Positions 58,601 through 64,000 of a stretch of DNA of 64,000 nt are shown piece by piece (position 1 is the first letter of the stretch; every line of letters starts with the position of its first letter). Below the pieces are notes generated by a model. That model was not told the DNA's origin. It ran no database searches and worked only from the letters and a program-made list of their open reading frames with translations. Source of the DNA: Octopus vulgaris (lineage: Eukaryota); contig OX597823.1 of the NCBI GenBank assembly GCA_951406725.2, positions 6,262,001 through 6,326,000 on the forward strand, read 5' to 3'. The position numbers and the translations under genes were made by a program.

Positions 58601-59164
58601 CTTCTTCTTTTCCGTCACCTTCAGTCTCTTCTTCTTCATTTTCATTCACTCCTTCACTTTTTCGTTCGTCGGCTTTCTCTTCTTCTTTTCCGTCACCTTC
58701 AGTCTCTTCTTCTTCATTTTCATTCACTCCTTCACTTCTTCGTTCGTCGGCTTTCTCTTCTTCTTTTCCGTCACCTTCAGTCTCTTCTTCTTCATTTTCA
58801 TTCACTCCTTCACTTCTTCGTTCGTCGGCTTTCTCTTCTTCTTTTCCGTCACCTTCAGTCTCTTCTTCTTCATTTTCATTCACTCCTTCACTTCTTCGTT
58901 CGTCGGCTTTCTCTTCTTCTTTTCCGTCACCTTCAGTCTCTTCTTCTTCATTTTCATTCACTCCTTCACTTCTTCGATCGTTGGTTGTCTCTTCTTCACT
59001 AGCGTCACCTTCCGTCTTTTCTTCTTCATTTTCGTTCAATGAACGCTTTCTTTTATACTTTGGTGATTCCTCTGCTTCACTTCCTTCCTCGGTTTTCGCT
59101 TCTTCACTTATCTTGTTTGTATCATTCGCAACACCATTTTTTGTCTTTTTGTCTGATTTACATT
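55635..59164 (-). CDS. Putative terminal exon of a host gene encoding a very acidic protein with ~42 tandem 26-aa repeats (NENEEEETEGDGKEEEKADE-RR/RK-SEGV); a few 1-bp frameshifts inside the array
   Basis: Minus-strand acceptor tcttacAG (plus 59165-59166). A unique in-frame lead-in (xCKSDKKTKNGVANDTNKISEEAKTEEGSEAEESPKYKRKRSL) runs into the array. First and last repeats are diverged but keep frame. The unique tail EEEMSECDASEEAKAEGQIAKTNHYWAEFYAIDTQFFISLY ends in TAA at 55635-55637. Unit length is a multiple of 3. Upstream exons not identified. Confidence 0.7.
55745..59040 (-). repeat. 78-bp coding minisatellite, ~42 copies
   Basis: Plus-strand unit ttcattcactccttcacttcttcgttcgtcggctttctcttcttcttttccgtcaccttcagtctcttcttcttcatt repeats almost invariantly; two variants (cacttctt = RR, cacttttt = RK). 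Confidence 0.97.
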
Positions 59165-59196
59165 CTGTAAGATATTATTAACATAATGTATAGAGA

Positions 59197-59228
<32 letters not shown>

Positions 59229-59248
59229 TAGATAGATAGATAGATAGG

Positions 59249-59325
<77 letters not shown>

Positions 59326-59348
59326 CGATAGATAGATAGATAGATTAG

Positions 59349-59384
<36 letters not shown>

Positions 59385-59455
59385 TAGGATAGATAGATAG
59401 ATAGATTAGGATAGATAGATGGATAGATAGATAGATAGATAGATAGATATATTAG

Positions 59456-59526
<71 letters not shown>

Positions 59527-59574
59527 GGATGTATATATGGATGGATGGATGGATGGATTGATAGATAGATAGAT

Positions 59575-60651
59575 AAGTTTCTTTATTGGCCACACAGGGC
59601 TGCACACAGATAGGACAAGTTACAAGGTAGAGCTTTTCTTTTGGGGGAGAAAAAAAAAGGGGCGTAGGTTTTCCATCAAAAGGGATCGTAAAAGGAAAAA
59701 AAGAACAAAAAAAGAAGAAAAGAAAAAAAGGAAAAGAAAAAAAGAAAAAAGGGGAAAAAAGAAGAGAAAAAGAAAAAAAGAAGAAAAAAGAGGAAAAAGG
59801 GGGAGAGGAAAAAAACGATCAATAGGGATCGTGTATCACAGTGTCATGATGTATTGTGTAAAGGGGAAAGCAACTAAGGTTTATCCGTGGGAAGAAAAGC
59901 CTACGAAAAAGACCACGGTAACCTCGGTCAATATTGTTATATGTTACCACATTTGTTTGCAAGTGGGTAACCCTCTGTTTTCAATTTCTGGGTTCATAGG
60001 ATTATGCTCAAGGTGGCTTCGTCATTCATACGTGCCATCCTTGCTACATTCACCCATCTTTTTTTAAAACATTCGCTAGACAAAACTTGCCTCTCTACTC
60101 TCACTTTCCTTTTCAAGTGGTACTTGAAGAAGTTGATGAGAGATTGACCAGAGAGGAAAGTGTTTGTCTCCAATCCTTTCAGACGCGTCCACCAGATACA
60201 TTCTTTCGCCATAGCCACAAGGATGATGAAAATAACTCTTCCTTCCCGTTTGAAGGAAGGAGGCGTGACACTATTGACGATAGACTCAGCTGATAAACCG
60301 ACTCGTCCCACACGTGACAGCAGTTGTTCGACATAAGCCCACAGGTCGGAAATTGTTGGACACTGCACGAGTGCGTGCAGAACGGTTTCGTCGCTATGAC
60401 CGCATCTCGGGCAGGTCGGCCCCTTGTTTCTCGAGCCGTGTCTGTAGAGCTTATCCCGAACGGATAGCGCTTCTCGGTAGCACTGCCAGGCCAGGGATCT
60501 CTGGAAGTTGTCCATGGGCCCTGGCCCGAAAGTCGTCCCGAACAGGCGGGTCAGGTATTCCTCGTCGACGTCCAGGTTCGCCCCGAGCTCGTCGTCGTAC
60601 CTCCCCTCCACTAATCCCCTATAGAATGCTTTGGTTGTGTTGAAGTCACTC

Positions 60652-60654
<3 letters not shown>
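59575..60654 (-). mobile_element. Second 5'-truncated copy of the Tx1/L1-clade LINE, flanked by (GATA)n on both sides
   Basis: ORF 59994-60653 is nearly identical in protein to 13550-14208; same terminal gtgtgcagccctgtgtggc.aataaagaaac. Confidence 0.88.
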
Positions 60655-60739
<85 letters not shown>

Positions 60740-61856
60740 CCGACGGACGGATGAATGGACAGACGGGCGGACGGACGGATGGTTGGATGGATAGATAGAT
60801 TATTGAAGGATTGGTTCATTAATCGATTTACAATCAGAGAGACAGACGTTGTAACAATTCACTAGTTATTGAAACTGTCGTAACTGGTTGGTAAATGTAA
60901 TACCGCCTTCTTTATTCTTTTCACTGTTTTATTTTATACTAGGAAACTGGCCCCTAGGGGGTCACTATGACTTGAGAAGGCAATTTTACTGTTACCTTGT
61001 TCTAATCATTCACCAAAGAAACATTACAATATTGATTGCTCAATTAGAAGATCATGATTACACATACCACTGGCCCGTTCAGTCCACATAATATCAAATG
61101 TACAGCATTACATATATCTATTATAGAAAGATGGAGAAAAGTTCTAACATTGCCAGTAGGATTTGAGTTCAGAGTTCAAACCCAACAGAGGTAGACTTGA
61201 ACATTACCTTTTATTATGGTTGATGAGCTAAACACCAGGTAATGTATTGGGGAAATGAACAATGTCATGACTATTTCCTTCCTTAATGACTTTGTAAATT
61301 GACCAATAAATATTTGGAGCAAAATCTAGTAACATTTTCTCTCGGTGACATATGGCACTTCAAAAAACATATTGGCTGTTTTTGAAAAGAAACAAAATGA
61401 TTTAGGCATTAATTGATAGTCATCTCTCTGTAATGTTGGGCCACAGAGGATAAATGTGGCTTCAGCTTCAACCCTTCATTTGGATTAAATTTCACTGACG
61501 CTTTCTGTTTCTACAGGATGGGATTATAAAGCAAAATTACAATTCAAAAGTCATCTAGAAGTTGAAATTCTCGTTATGTTTATTGAAAGAGCGAAATACA
61601 TATTTTACATTCGATATCAAATCACTATAATTAGTTTTCTATATGTTGTCTTCAAGCAAGATAAAAAGAACACAACTCCATCATATAATTATTCAGAAAA
61701 AATTATTCTGCTTTATTTTTAGCCATGAATCTTCTGTGAATAATTAAACATGTATAATTAAACACATACATGCAGCTTTTAAGCAATAGCCTACGTCCCA
61801 CGAACGTTGGTTTTAGTCTAGTACAAGTAATAAGCGACGTTTTATTTTATGATAGA

Positions 61857-62248
61857 CTAGCATTATCGCCCGGCGTTGCTCGGGTTTGTTGCGACCCTTT
61901 AGAATTGGAATTTTTGAAAAGTAAAAATTTTGCATCATGTAGCTTGTTATTCTCTTTAAGTGAACATTTTTCTGGTTGAAATACACCGAAAAATGGCGAC
62001 ACGGCAGTCAAAAAATCGTAAAAAATGGGGATTTTCATAGAAAAAATGCACCATTTTGATGTAAATAATTTTTGGTGTTAACATGGTACGATTTGAATTT
62101 TTTCTTCTACGGAAGGAAGAGCAAGCCTTCTTTTATCATACTCTCAATTTTGGTCAACTTGCGCCGCAGGGTCTCGGAGGAGATAGTGTTAGTTGAAGGC
62201 TACCAAACCTGCCATACACAGACAACTTCATCTATATATATAGAAAGA
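61857..62248 (-). mobile_element. Complete 392-bp non-autonomous Helitron (family H2)
   Basis: Minus strand A|TCtttctatatatatag ... cccgagcaacgccggg hairpin ... CTAG|T; inserted at AT with no TSD. Confidence 0.85.
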
Positions 62249-62550
62249 TTTATTCCTAAAAAAATAAAAATCTTTACGAACAAGGGAAGCAACTTATTTA
62301 ATAGCAAATTCTTGTTGCTGCCCTTGCTTCTTGTTGTGTAAAGGAGTTATCATCCTTTGCAGTTGTAGCCGTGTGAGATATTTTATATAAAGAAAATCTC
62401 ATTGCTACCGACTGAACTAAATTCTTTATTACACAAAAACAAGTAACGATGCGGACGGGTGGGTGGGTTGTCGACTTTATAAAGACTTTATAAATTGAAT
62501 ATGCAATATAGCCATTTACATTTAACGCTTAGAAGAAGGGATATACTCAC

Positions 62551-62584
62551 CGTAAATTGCAGCTTGCAAATCAATCTATCAAGC
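62551..62584 (-). CDS. Candidate 34-nt micro-exon (only open frame reads LDRLICKLQFT) or 5'UTR exon
   Basis: Minus strand reads ttttctcAG|gcttgat...tttacg|GTGAGTAT: good acceptor and near-perfect donor in unique sequence. Its phase does not join directly to the 59164 exon. Confidence 0.3.
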
Positions 62585-62771
62585 CTGAGAAAATATCTCC
62601 AAAATACGATTCGATTTATACATCAAGAATTTTATGTAAACCTTTACTACAGGGTGGTCAACTAATGGAACAGCATTTCTAATAATTGCTGTACACCGCT
62701 TACCATATTTCAGACAGCTTGCCAGAAATATGTCCGGCTAAAACTCGTGTTTGGTGAACATATTTAATATA

Positions 62772-63034
62772 TTTGTTTGTTCCTTCTCGAGCCACGCTTG
62801 GCTCGTTAGCGCCGACTTCCCGGTTTCCTTGGCGTATAGGTTCCCCACCAGGTGCACTGCAAAATGCAGGAAAGAGCGAAAGAGTCAGCAGAAGTTCGCC
62901 ATTACCTTCTGCCTGAGTCGCGTGGAGCTTAGGTGTTTCGCTCGTAAACACACACATCGCCCGGTCTGAGATTCGAACCCGCGATCCCTCGACCGCGAAT
63001 CCGCTGCTTTAACCACTAGGCCATGTGCCTCCAC
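62772..63034 (-). mobile_element. SINE family B
   Basis: Similar to 54370-54672; head gtggaggcacatggcctagtggttaaagc...gggttcgaatctc. Confidence 0.85.
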
Positions 63035-63446
63035 ATTTAATATACTTATTTAGAGATTAATATAGAATAATGGGATCTTTTCTGCTTGGCTGTAAATATT
63101 CAATCGCTTCAATTTCTATTCGAATTGATTTCATATTCAGTGTAATGATATACTTTTATATGCTAATCAATGTCATGAAAATCATTTTCGCCATAAATCA
63201 ATAAATAAAGAGTTATTGGCTATTAAAGTTTGAAAATTTTGAGTAATTTTGGCAGCCAAACAGAAAAGATCCGAATAATGTGATGGTAAATCAAATTTAG
63301 TATTGTCTTAATGTTACAGCGCATGCTGTTTCCAAAAGCTGATGCGCTGACCGTACACAATAGGCGCAACTGAAGTCAGGTATAACAGCATGCATGTTAT
63401 CTGCACAATTTCATGATTAAACAATGGATTGTGAATTCATATGAAT

Positions 63447-63688
63447 CCGAGGTGGTGTCAAAAAATTCCCGCACTAGTTATCTTTAATACAAAAGTTCTA
63501 ACATCATCACCTTCGAAATAGTCACTACGCGCAGCAACACACCGGCCCCAGCGTTCCTGTCACTTTCGGAATCCAGCCTTGAAGTCGTTTTCCATAAGCA
63601 AGTCGAGGACTTTCTGCGCTTCGCTCTGGATCTTGACAAAAGTGTTCAGACGGTGACCTTTGAGCTGCCTTTCATCTTGGAGAAGAGA
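63447..63688 (-). mobile_element. Mariner 3' fragment
   Basis: Minus translation LFSKMK..LKGHRLNT..KIQ...RWGRCVAARSDYFEGD plus TIR-like cgaggtggtgtcaaaaaattccc. Confidence 0.8.
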
Positions 63689-63927
63689 TGGAAAAACGAC
63701 CAACTGAGACTATGATTAATAGCCAACCGTCTCATTCTCTAGTCGCGTGTCCATCATACCAGAACTGTGATCTGAATGCAGAGAAGAAGTGGCTCGACCT
63801 GGAGAGAGCCCCTGATCTCCAAGCTACGCGTCATGTCGAGGAACGTTACTCTGGAGACCCTTCGGAGGAACCCCATTTCGGCCGCTTGTATTCGCGATCG
63901 TATTCTTTTTATTTTTTTAGGAATAAA

Positions 63928-63930
63928 TCT

Positions 63931-63970
<40 letters not shown>

Positions 63971-64000
63971 CTGAAGTTGTCTGTGTATGGCAGGTTTGGT
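63928..64000 (+). mobile_element. 5' end of Helitron family H2 (runs off the window)
   Basis: a|tctttct.tatata...ag.tgaagttgtctgtgtatggcaggtttggt matches the reverse complement of 62201-62248. Confidence 0.8.

Noticed and set aside
55745-59040. CRISPR-like array
   Set aside because: No unique spacers, no cas genes, eukaryotic context.
55656-59042. 1128-aa plus-strand ORF (F/S/L-rich)
   Set aside because: Antisense shadow of the 78-bp array, which lacks stops on that strand. It drifts through three frames and starts at GTG. The minus strand has the splice site and coherent flanks.
61493-61722. Strong plus-strand acceptor followed by a ~68-codon open frame
   Set aside because: AT-rich, no recognisable motif or partner exon; cannot be supported without transcripts.

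Overview
Eukaryotic, AT-rich, microsatellite-saturated DNA. The SINE families and repeat landscape point to an octopus (coleoid cephalopod) genome; this is inference, not a database result. Most of the window is transposon debris: three abundant tRNA-derived SINE families, truncated LINEs of four clades (CR1, RTE, Tx1/L1, R4/Dong-type RLE), Tc1/mariner and hAT remnants or MITEs, non-autonomous Helitrons, and Penelope-like terminal fragments with hammerhead-ribozyme motifs. Nearly all ORFs in the supplied track are microsatellite artefacts. The one well-supported host coding feature is a ~3.5 kb minus-strand terminal exon (59164->55635) with ~42 near-identical 78-bp/26-aa acidic repeats. A KRKR site precedes the array and each repeat contains RR or RK, so it is a candidate multi-copy peptide precursor. 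Other notable items are two hammerhead ribozymes with complete cores, microsatellite-targeted LINEs, a SINE/CR1 shared 3' tail, a ~197-bp inverted duplication bracketing ~2.85 kb, repeated antisense SINE-into-SINE insertion, and two long palindromes. Many element boundaries were estimated by eye and are approximate.
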